Below, piece by piece: positions 56,573-64,000 of a stretch of DNA of 64,000 nt. A program made the position numbers and the translations under genes. Each line of letters starts with the position of its first letter. Within the stretch, counting starts at the first letter, position 1. Source of the stretch: Paracoccus sp. (in: a-proteobacteria) (GTDB taxonomy: Bacteria > Pseudomonadota > Alphaproteobacteria > Rhodobacterales > Rhodobacteraceae); assembly GCF_030538655.1 (NCBI RefSeq), contig NZ_JAUNTO010000009.1, positions 12,487-76,486 of the forward strand, written 5' to 3'. The notes below the pieces were generated by a model. That model had not been told where the DNA came from and did not search any database. It was given only the letters and a program-made list of their open reading frames with translations.

Positions 56573-57246
56573 TGCGGCTGACCTGCATCATCCCCGCCTA
56601 TAACGAAGGCCCCCGCATCGCCTGTGTGGCCCATGTCGCCGCCACCCATCCCGGCATCGCGGAAACGCTGATCGTCGATGACGGTTCAACCGACGACACA
56701 GCGGCGCAGGCGGCAACCGTTCCCGGCGCACGCCTGATCCGCCGGCCGCGCAACGGCGGGAAAACCGCCGCGCTGGCCGCCGGTCTGGCACAGGCGCAGG
56801 GCAGCCATATCCTGCTGCTGGATGCCGACCTGACCGGCCTGACCCATAATCACCTGACCGCGCTGATGACCCCGGTCCTACAGGGCAGGGCGCAGGTCGC
56901 CATCAGCCTGCGCGGCAATGCCCCGGCGCTGTGGCGGCTGATCGGGCTGGATTATATCTCGGGCGAACGGGTGCTGCCGCGCGGCCTGATCGCCCCCCAC
57001 ATCCCGCATCTGAGCAGCCTGCCGCCCTTTGGGTTCGAGGTGTTCCTGAACAGCCTCATCCTCTGCGAAAGCCTGCCGCTGACGGTTATCCGCTGGCCCG
57101 ATGTCACCAGCCCGCTGAAGCATCGCAAATACGGGCTGTGGCGCGGCCTGCGCGGCGATGCCGGGATGATCGCCGACATGTTGCGCACCCACGGTCCCGC
57201 CACATTGCTGAACCAGATCAGGCAGATGCGCCGCCTGCGCCGTTGA
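56572..57246 (+). CDS. GT2 glycosyltransferase (Dpm1/GtrB-like)
   Basis: CIIPAYNE...LIVDDGSTDDT...LLLDADL motifs. Confidence 0.65.
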   Translation: MRLTCIIPAYNEGPRIACVAHVAATHPGIAETLIVDDGSTDDTAAQAATVPGARLIRRPRNGGKTAALAAGLAQAQGSHILLLDADLTGLTHNHLTALMTPVLQGRAQVAISLRGNAPALWRLIGLDYISGERVLPRGLIAPHIPHLSSLPPFGFEVFLNSLILCESLPLTVIRWPDVTSPLKHRKYGLWRGLRGDAGMIADMLRTHGPATLLNQIRQMRRLRR

Positions 57247-57301
57247 TCCCCCGCGTCCTGTTTGCCCGACTGCGCGACTTGCGGCGCGACCGCGCGACCG
57301 C

Positions 57302-57706
57302 CTATCCCAGCCGCAGCAGATAGGCCAACAGATCGGCGCGCAGCAAAAGCCCGGCCAACTGCCCGTCGCGCATCACCGGAAAGCTGCGGTGCGGGTGGTC
57401 CAGAAACGCCTCGGCGGCGGTGACGGGATCGGTGGCGGCGTCCAGCGTGACGGGATTGCGGCTCATCTGATCGGCGACGGTGCCGGACCATTGCCGGTAA
57501 TAGCTGGCGTTCAGCGCCGGGCGGAAACAATCCTTCTGCGTCAGCACGCCCACCAAGGCACCTGCGTCATCCACCACCGGCGCTGCGGCATAACCCTGAT
57601 CCAGCAGGGTCGCGGCGGCATCGCGGATCGGCATGTTGGCGGTCAGGCGCGGGAAATCGCGGCGCATGATGGTGCCGATGCTCTCGCTGCCGGTCGTCGT
57701 GGTCAT
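57302..57706 (-). CDS. CBS domain pair protein
   Basis: Two CBS repeats. Confidence 0.6.
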   Translation of the reverse strand: MTTTTGSESIGTIMRRDFPRLTANMPIRDAAATLLDQGYAAAPVVDDAGALVGVLTQKDCFRPALNASYYRQWSGTVADQMSRNPVTLDAATDPVTAAEAFLDHPHRSFPVMRDGQLAGLLLRADLLAYLLRLG

Positions 57707-57867
57707 GGGCTGTCCTTTGCGCGGTTGGGGCAGTCGGTGCAGCGCACTCCGGGCACGCAGTCCATGCTGCCGCAGGATGTGCTGACCGGGCGGCGGCCAA
57801 AGATCAGCCCAAGCGCCAGCCCGCCAGCGGCAAGACAGATGACAAGAATGGCGAACAGAAACTCCAT
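57703..57867 (-). CDS. nqrM: NqrM-like (Na+)-NQR maturation protein
   Basis: 54 aa: one TM helix, then SCGSMDCVPGVRCTDCP Cys motif. Sits immediately downstream of apbE, 4 nt after its stop. Confidence 0.5.
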   Translation of the reverse strand: MEFLFAILVICLAAGGLALGLIFGRRPVSTSCGSMDCVPGVRCTDCPNRAKDSP

Positions 57868-57871
57868 CCCG

Positions 57872-58834
57872 TCAGGCCCGGTGCGCGGCCAGATCGCCGG
57901 TTTCAAGGCGGCGGCCATCAGAGGTCAGCATCAGCGACGTCAGCCCATGCTGCCGGGCCAGTGCCATCGCCCGTGCCTCACCCGCCGCGAACAGGGCGGT
58001 GGCCCAGCCATCGGCGCTGCGGCCCGATGGCGCGATGACGCTGACCTGCGCCAGCCCGCCCTGCGCGGGCGCGCCACGGGCCGGGTCGATGATATGGCCC
58101 ACGCGCTGCCCACCCAGATCATAGCCGTTCACGCCGCTGCCGGATGTGGCCACGCTCAGCCCGCCGCGCAGCGCCAGAACCTCGGTCGCGCCGGTGGGGC
58201 CTTCAACCGCGACCTGCCATGCCCGGCCCGAGGGGTGATGCCCGCCTGCCGCCAGCTCTCCGCCAAGGTCGATCAGCCAATGCGCGCCGCGCCCGGCCAG
58301 CAGCGCGGCCAGACGATCCAGCGCGTGCCCCTTGGCGATGCCGCACAGATCGGCGGTGGCGCCGGGGGTGGCCTTGGTCACGGTCCGGCCCGCCACCGTC
58401 AGGTGCCGCCAGTCGGGGCGGTCGTCGCCCTGCCGGATCGGGCCAAAGCCCCACCGCGCGACCAAAGGCCCGACCGTCGGATCAAAGGCCCCGCCGCTGT
58501 CGCGCGCCAGCCGCAGCGCGGCGGCCAGCACCTGCGCCGCTTCATCGGGCAGATCGCGCGGGCCAGCCCCGGCCCTGTTCAGCGCGGTGATGTCGCTGTC
58601 GGCGCGCCAGGGCGACATCTGCCGGTCGATCCCGGCCAGCAGATCATCCACCGCCGCGCGCAGCCCGGCCACGGGGGCGGCATCGGGCAGGGTGATCGCC
58701 CAGCCGGTGCCAAAGGCCCACCCGGTCAGCCGCTGCGTCGCGGGGGCACCGGCCAGCACCGCAGGCGCGGCCAGCATGACGCCCGCACCAGCGATCAGCG
58801 CGCGGCGGCTTAGCAGGGATGCGGTCTGTGTCAT
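57872..58834 (-). CDS. apbE: FAD:protein FMN transferase
   Basis: ApbE family lipoprotein/Tat-type signal and conserved ApbE core. Confidence 0.75.
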   Translation of the reverse strand: MTQTASLLSRRALIAGAGVMLAAPAVLAGAPATQRLTGWAFGTGWAITLPDAAPVAGLRAAVDDLLAGIDRQMSPWRADSDITALNRAGAGPRDLPDEAAQVLAAALRLARDSGGAFDPTVGPLVARWGFGPIRQGDDRPDWRHLTVAGRTVTKATPGATADLCGIAKGHALDRLAALLAGRGAHWLIDLGGELAAGGHHPSGRAWQVAVEGPTGATEVLALRGGLSVATSGSGVNGYDLGGQRVGHIIDPARGAPAQGGLAQVSVIAPSGRSADGWATALFAAGEARAMALARQHGLTSLMLTSDGRRLETGDLAAHRA

Positions 58835-58838
58835 GGTC

Positions 58839-60059
58839 TCACGCTCCGAAATCGTCGTTAAAGATCGAGTGCGGCTCGACCCCCAGCCGGGTGAGGGTCG
58901 CGAGCACGGCGGAAATCATCACCGGCGGCCCGCAGAGGTAGTATTCGCAATCCTCGGGTGCCGGATGGCTGGCCAGCGCGCGGCGCACGGTTTCGTGGAT
59001 AAAGCCGGTCGGCCCGTCCCATTTGTCGCCCGGTGCCGGTTCGGTCAGCGCCGCCACCCAGCCAAAGTTCGGATGCGCGGCGGCCAGTGCCTGAAACTCG
59101 TCCACATAGAACAGATCGGCGGCGGTGCGCGCGCCATAGAAATAGCGGATCTTGCGCGTCGTGCCCTGCCCAAGCTGTTCGTGGATCATCGCCCGCAAGG
59201 GGGCCATGCCCACGCCGCCGCCGATAAAGATCATCTCGCGGTCGGTCGGCTGAACGTGGAATTCGCCGAACGGGCCAGATACGCCCGCCTTGTCGCCGGG
59301 TTTCAGCGCGAACAGCCAGGACGAGACGATGCCGGGCGGGATCACGCGCTCTTGCCCGGCGGGGGGCACGGCCAGACGGATGTTGAACACGGCGCGGCCT
59401 TGATCGGCGGGGCGGTTGGCGATGGAATAGGCACGCGTCACCGGGGCGGCGGACTGGCCGCGCAGCCGGTCCCACCCGGCGGCGGCCCATGCGTCGCGGT
59501 GTTCGGGGGCAACCTCGATGGTGGTGAAATCCAGATCATAGGGCGGCGCGGTCAGTTGCATAAAGCCGCCGGCACGGAAATCGAACGGATAGCCGGGCGG
59601 CAGTTCCAGCACCAGTTCACGGATCAGCGGGGCCAGCATCCGGTTCGACAGCACCCGGCATTCGGCGCTGCCTGCCGACAACACGTCGCCGCTGACCTGC
59701 ACATCCACCGGCCCGCGCAGGCTCAACTGGCAGGCCAGCCGCACATGATCGCGCCGTTCCGCCCCCGACAGAATGCCGCGTTCCGTGGCCAGAGGTTCGC
59801 CCGCGCCCTCGCCTGTGGCGGTGACGCGGCACAGCCCGCAGGTGCCCGCGCCGCCGCAGCCCGCCGGAATGGCGATCCCGGCATCATGCAGCACCGCCAA
59901 CAGCTTGTCGCCGCGCGCGGCGGTCAGGTGGTGGCTGTCGTTGACGGTGACGGTCACGGCCCCTTGCGGCACCAGCCGCCTGCGCGCCGCCAGCAGACCC
60001 AGCGTCAGCGCCAGCAGCAGCGCGATGACGATCAGCGTGCCAAGGACGATCTCGGTCAT
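58839..60059 (-). CDS. nqrF: Na+-translocating NADH:quinone oxidoreductase subunit F
   Basis: N-terminal TM segment, 2Fe-2S ferredoxin (CGGAGTCGLC) and FAD/NAD-binding domains. Confidence 0.85.
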   Translation of the reverse strand: MTEIVLGTLIVIALLLALTLGLLAARRRLVPQGAVTVTVNDSHHLTAARGDKLLAVLHDAGIAIPAGCGGAGTCGLCRVTATGEGAGEPLATERGILSGAERRDHVRLACQLSLRGPVDVQVSGDVLSAGSAECRVLSNRMLAPLIRELVLELPPGYPFDFRAGGFMQLTAPPYDLDFTTIEVAPEHRDAWAAAGWDRLRGQSAAPVTRAYSIANRPADQGRAVFNIRLAVPPAGQERVIPPGIVSSWLFALKPGDKAGVSGPFGEFHVQPTDREMIFIGGGVGMAPLRAMIHEQLGQGTTRKIRYFYGARTAADLFYVDEFQALAAAHPNFGWVAALTEPAPGDKWDGPTGFIHETVRRALASHPAPEDCEYYLCGPPVMISAVLATLTRLGVEPHSIFNDDFGA

Positions 60060-60667
60060 GGCATCACCACCTGCGCAAAGGAAGAAAAGCCCAGTGACAT
60101 CAGCCCGGTGATGAAAAAGGCGATGCCCAGCCCGCGCAGCCCGCCGGGCAGGTCGGCATAGGCCAGCCGCGACCGGATCGCCGCCAGCATGATAACCGCC
60201 AGCGCAAAACCCGCGCCGCTGCCCAGCCCGAACACCGCGCTTTCGGCCAGGCTATAGCGGCGTTCGACCATGAACAGGCTGCCCGCCAGAATCGCGCATT
60301 GCACCGCCAGCAGCGGCAGGAACACCCCGAACGAGGCATGGATGGCGGGAAACCAGCGGTCCAGCACCATTTCCAGCAATTGCACGCAGGCTGCGACCGT
60401 GCCGATAAAGGCGATCAGCGCCAGATAGGACAGGTCCAGATCGGGCATCCCGGCCCATCCCCATGCACCCGGCGCCAGCACGGCGGTATAGATCAGGTGG
60501 TTCAGCGGCACCGTGACGGCCAGCACGAACATCACCGCCAACCCCAGCCCGACCGCCGATTCCGGCCGCCGCGACAGGGCGATAAAGGTGCACAGCCCCA
60601 GAAACAGCGTCAGCGGCATATTATCGACCAGTGCCGCGCGCAGGAACAGGGCGAACAGATCGCTCAT
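60056..60667 (-). CDS. nqrE: NQR subunit E
   Basis: NqrE/RnfA family (LGLCTF...). Confidence 0.8.
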   Translation of the reverse strand: MSDLFALFLRAALVDNMPLTLFLGLCTFIALSRRPESAVGLGLAVMFVLAVTVPLNHLIYTAVLAPGAWGWAGMPDLDLSYLALIAFIGTVAACVQLLEMVLDRWFPAIHASFGVFLPLLAVQCAILAGSLFMVERRYSLAESAVFGLGSGAGFALAVIMLAAIRSRLAYADLPGGLRGLGIAFFITGLMSLGFSSFAQVVMP

Positions 60668-61323
60668 CTGCGGACCTCGCCGGGTTGCGGGGCGATGGCC
60701 TCGGGCGGTTCGATCTGTTCGGGGCGCAGGCTGCGGATGGCCCAGACCAGCCCGCCCAGCAGGAAAAAGCCGCTGGGGGCCAGCAGCATCAGGTTCAGCG
60801 GCGTGAACCAGCCACCGGCTTCGGTCGTGACCAGCACCTGCCAGCCCAGCAGATGCCCGGTGCCGAACAGTTCGCGCAACGCGCCGATGGTTATCAGCAC
60901 CAGCGAATAGCCCAACCCGCTGCCAAGCGCATCGACGGCGGAGGGCAGGGGCGGGTTGTGCAGCGCGAAGCCCTCGGTCCGGCCAAGAACAAGGCAGTTG
61001 GTGGCGATCAGGCTGACAAAGACCGACAGTTGCTGGCTGACATCATACAGCCATGCCTGCAACATCTGGTCGATCACGATCACCAGTGATGCAACGATGA
61101 CGATCTGCACAATCAGCCGGATCGAGCCGGGCACATGCCGCCGGATCGTGCTGATGATGACCGCCGCCAGCACCAGCACCACCGTCAGCGAGGCCGACAT
61201 GGTTAACGCGGTCGCGACCGAGGTTGTGACCGCCAGTGCCGAACAAATACCCAGAATTTGCAGGGTGATCGGATTTCGGGCGATCAGCGGCTCGGTCAGG
61301 ATATGCAGCAGGGGGCGGGACAT
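60664..61323 (-). CDS. nqrD: NQR subunit D
   Basis: NqrD/RnfE family. Confidence 0.8.
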   Translation of the reverse strand: MSRPLLHILTEPLIARNPITLQILGICSALAVTTSVATALTMSASLTVVLVLAAVIISTIRRHVPGSIRLIVQIVIVASLVIVIDQMLQAWLYDVSQQLSVFVSLIATNCLVLGRTEGFALHNPPLPSAVDALGSGLGYSLVLITIGALRELFGTGHLLGWQVLVTTEAGGWFTPLNLMLLAPSGFFLLGGLVWAIRSLRPEQIEPPEAIAPQPGEVRR

Positions 61324-61326
61324 GGA

Positions 61327-62097
61327 TCAGAACTCTCCCCGCCGGATGGCGTCCAGCAGCGGGCCATAGCCATCGGGACCAAGCCAGAAGCGCATCATAT
61401 TGGTGATCGCGTTCGAGGTGCGGGTGGCGCCGGTAATGCCGTCCACCTCGTATTCGGTGGCGGCGCGGCCGCGTGCCACGGCAAAGCGCACCGTGCCCCG
61501 GTCGTCCAGTGCGGGCAGGCCCGCGAATTGCGCCTGCCATGCCGGTTCGGTGATCCGCGCGCCAAGGCCGGGGGTTTCCGACTGGCTGGTGACGGTCATG
61601 CCCGCGATGCTGCGCGTGTCGCCGCGCAGGGCGACCATAGCCTGAATCACGCCGTCATAGCCCGCGCCCGCGACCGGCAGGATCACCAGATCAACCGGCC
61701 CGCTGTCGCCCCGACGGAGAATGAAGATCTGCGCGTAATCCGGGCGGCTGCCCAGATCGGCCAGATCCTGCGCCGGGGTCAGCGCGCTGTGACTGGCAGG
61801 GTTGGCCAGCGTCTCGGGCAGGGTTTCGGGGGTGATGTCGGCGGCGGCGCGGCCGGTGGTCAGATCAACGACGACGGTGGACAGCGCCGCATCGCCCGAT
61901 TGCGCCAGCAGGTCGGACATGCCGGGGATGGCGGCGATCAGCGATTCCAGCCGCGCCTGTTGTTCGGCGGCGCGGTTGGCCGTCTGAATAGGGCGCAGCG
62001 TGACGGTGGCCGCCGTCACCAGCAGCGCGCAGACAGCGGCGGTGACAAAGGCCACGGCGATGGTTTTGCCCCGGCTGTCATTGGGCTGCGCCAGCAT
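61327..62097 (-). CDS. nqrC: NQR subunit C (FMN-binding)
   Basis: DGITGAT flavinylation motif. Start trimmed to MLAQPND so it does not overlap nqrB. Confidence 0.7.
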   Translation of the reverse strand: MLAQPNDSRGKTIAVAFVTAAVCALLVTAATVTLRPIQTANRAAEQQARLESLIAAIPGMSDLLAQSGDAALSTVVVDLTTGRAAADITPETLPETLANPASHSALTPAQDLADLGSRPDYAQIFILRRGDSGPVDLVILPVAGAGYDGVIQAMVALRGDTRSIAGMTVTSQSETPGLGARITEPAWQAQFAGLPALDDRGTVRFAVARGRAATEYEVDGITGATRTSNAITNMMRFWLGPDGYGPLLDAIRRGEF

Positions 62098-62125
62098 TCG
62101 CCGCCACGCGCTGATCGGGTTGAGA

Positions 62126-62914
62126 TCAAAGGCCAAGGCGTTTCCTCCGGGCGATGCGCCAGAACAGCAGCGCGGTTTCATCCAGCAGCGGCGCGGCCAG
62201 CGACGTCAGCAGCGCCGCCGACACCGCCACCTGCACCGGGTTGCCCCCCATCCAATGCGCGGCAAAGCCCGCCATCAGCAGCGCGAACAGCCCGCCGGTC
62301 AGCCAGCGGCCCAGCCGGGTGGCGGCGCTGGCCACCGGATCGGCGACCAGCATCACCAGCACCACCAGCGCCGCGGTGGCAAAGCCGCCTGTCAGCGGCC
62401 AGCCCGCCAGCGCGGCCAGCCCCGCCCCGATCAGCGCGCCGCCGATCAGCCGGGCGCTGATGACGCCAAAGCCCATGCCGATCAGCGCCGCCGGGATCGC
62501 GGCCCAGCCGATCTGCGGGTCGGGCGTGGCCCAAGGCTCGGCCGGAAAGCCAAAGCTGACAAAGGCCAGCGTCACCGTGGCCGGGTTCAGGATGTTGCGG
62601 CCCCAGCCGCCAAAGATCAGCTCCGCCACCACCACGCCAAAGCTAACCGACAGCAGCAGCGCGACCGGCCCGATCTGCGGCGGTGCCAGCAGCGCGATGG
62701 CAATGGCCGACAGTGCCCCAGCGAACGAAGGCGGCTGCGCCCGCGCCAGCATGAAGGCCAGATGCCACAGCCCCGCCAGCACCAGCACAAAGACCAGACG
62801 CGACAGCACCGCAGGCCCCGCGGCCAGCAGCCATGTGATGACGATGGGCAGCATCGCCGCGATCAGGATCAGCGCCACGGTTTCGCGCGACCAGATGCCC
62901 TTGGTTGCGGTCAT
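62126..62914 (-). CDS. nqrB: NqrB/RnfD family subunit, unusually short (262 aa), with no canonical SGAT flavinylation motif evident
   Basis: GGWGRNILNPA signature. Shorter than the ~415 aa typical of NqrB; no SGAT-type motif was found by eye. Confidence 0.55.
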   Translation of the reverse strand: MTATKGIWSRETVALILIAAMLPIVITWLLAAGPAVLSRLVFVLVLAGLWHLAFMLARAQPPSFAGALSAIAIALLAPPQIGPVALLLSVSFGVVVAELIFGGWGRNILNPATVTLAFVSFGFPAEPWATPDPQIGWAAIPAALIGMGFGVISARLIGGALIGAGLAALAGWPLTGGFATAALVVLVMLVADPVASAATRLGRWLTGGLFALLMAGFAAHWMGGNPVQVAVSAALLTSLAAPLLDETALLFWRIARRKRLGL

Positions 62915-64000
62915 GGCGTGCCCCCCTCGGTTGCGATGCGGTCCAGCATTCCGCGCAGCATGGCGGCCAGCGGCGGGTCGGCCTGCGTGACGTAATCGGC
63001 CAGTGCAAGGTCTGCTTCCAGCAGCGACAGCACGCCAAAGCGTTGCGCGGCATCGTCATCGCCGGCCGACAGGGCGCGCAGAAACGGGATGGCGGGCAGG
63101 CTGGGGGCCAGCGCCTGTTCCAGCGCGGCGGTCGGGATCAGCGGCGCGGGGCGCGACATGCGGGCCAGCGCGGCGCGGAACCAGTGCGGCTGCGTTGCCG
63201 GGGCAGGGCGGGGCATCACCGTCACCTGACGGTCGCGCAGAAACAGAAACCGCCCCTCGGCCCCGTCCAGCGCCGAACCGGACAGGATCATCGCCGGGCC
63301 GGGCTGCATCACCGGCTGCGCCAGGCCGTGCAGATCGGCCCCCGGCTGACAGCGCAGCGCCCGCTGCGCTGACGCCGCAGGTCCGCCCACCGCCACCATG
63401 CGCGTTTCGGGCAGATAGCCGCTGGCCAGCAGGGTGCCGATGGCCGCGACCTCTTGCGCGTCGATTTCCCACAGCGGGGCGTCGAGGCGGGCGGGGAACA
63501 GGGCGTGGATATGCGTTCCGGCCAGCCCCTGCGGATGCAGCGTCCCGGCGGGCACCACGCGCAGGCGCGGCGCATCGGCCAGCGGCGGGCCGGGCGGCTG
63601 CACCAGCAACAGCGGGCCATCGGTCAGCGAGGCGAGGGCGTGCAGGCCACGGGCAAAGTCATCCTCGGCCCCGCGCAGTGCCATGGCCGGGGGCAGCGCG
63701 CCGGGGCGGGTGTCATGCGCCATCACGCAGATCGCGGCGGGGCGGGTGCCGGGCGCGGGAAAGCCGCCAAAGGGCCGCTGCCGCAGCCCCGTCCACAGCC
63801 CCGAGGCCAGCATCAGCGCCGCAACATCGCCGGTGGTGTCAAAGCGGTGCCGGTCGGCACCCTGATCGCGAAAGAACAGCACATAGCGCAGCACCCGCCC
63901 CGGCCCGGTGTCGATCCGCGCCACGCGCCCGCCCATCGGCGCGGTCACACACAGATCGGGGTGGCGGCGGTCGCGCAGAACCGGCTGCCCCTGCGCCACC
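62911..64000 (-). CDS. nqrA: NQR subunit A, partial (runs past the window end)
   Basis: Matches NqrA motifs (SGLWTGLRQRPF; HIHALFP; SAGDDDAAQRFGVLSLLEADLAL). Confidence 0.55.
   Translation of the reverse strand, partial: VAQGQPVLRDRRHPDLCVTAPMGGRVARIDTGPGRVLRYVLFFRDQGADRHRFDTTGDVAALMLASGLWTGLRQRPFGGFPAPGTRPAAICVMAHDTRPGALPPAMALRGAEDDFARGLHALASLTDGPLLLVQPPGPPLADAPRLRVVPAGTLHPQGLAGTHIHALFPARLDAPLWEIDAQEVAAIGTLLASGYLPETRMVAVGGPAASAQRALRCQPGADLHGLAQPVMQPGPAMILSGSALDGAEGRFLFLRDRQVTVMPRPAPATQPHWFRAALARMSRPAPLIPTAALEQALAPSLPAIPFLRALSAGDDDAAQRFGVLSLLEADLALADYVTQADPPLAAMLRGMLDRIATEGGTP

Noticed and set aside
1-64000. CRISPR arrays, integrases, transposases, prophage or conjugation genes
   Set aside because: None were found. 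The only repeats are the short palindromic family and the GT2 duplication. The glycan island has no recognisable mobility genes or flanking tRNA, so any horizontal origin is inferred from composition and synteny only.

Overview
This is a high-GC (visually about 65-68%), densely coding chromosomal stretch that looks alphaproteobacterial; Rhodobacterales is only an inference from gene content. Most of it is housekeeping and central metabolism, in this order along the window: a purine-catabolism block (puuD, xdhABC, guaD); a translationally coupled nucleotide-sugar operon (colD-like 3-dehydratase, gmd, manC, fcl/colC, DAO-like oxidoreductase) that looks like a GDP-colitose or other dideoxyhexose pathway; ndk; fabD-fabG-acpP; dinB; ygfZ; an MsbA-like ABC exporter; an hrpB helicase; ycjX-ycjF; a sulfate ABC transporter (sbp-cysTWA); gltX; a tRNA with CAT anticodon; phaC; a plcP-like/GT21/dedA/GT2 operon typical of phosphate-starvation lipid remodelling; and a divergent Na+-NQR-type operon (nqrA, partial at the window edge, through nqrF, then apbE and nqrM). 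Three things stand out. (1) A roughly 12.6 kb accessory glycan island (17.6-30.3 kb) sits where fabF would be expected after acpP, and several of its genes look AT-shifted. It encodes two sulfotransferase-like proteins, a GT14-like enzyme with an unknown C-terminal domain, a HIT protein, a methyltransferase-like coiled-coil protein, a GSCFA protein, an unknown GxSxG protein, two tandemly duplicated GT2 genes and a UDP-sugar 6-dehydrogenase, which together suggest a sulfated surface polysaccharide locus. (2) A family of small palindromic repeats occurs eight times: a variable GC-rich perfect hairpin followed by a conserved tail of the form GGGATATTT-N-GGAAACGAAAGACAG. The copies are orientation-independent and mostly sit at gene ends. 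(3) One copy of that repeat lies in-frame inside the hrpB coding sequence and adds about 20 codons, which is reminiscent of the in-frame Rickettsia palindromic elements. No CRISPR array, integrase, transposase or prophage genes were seen. Many long antisense ORFs in the six-frame track are high-GC artefacts.
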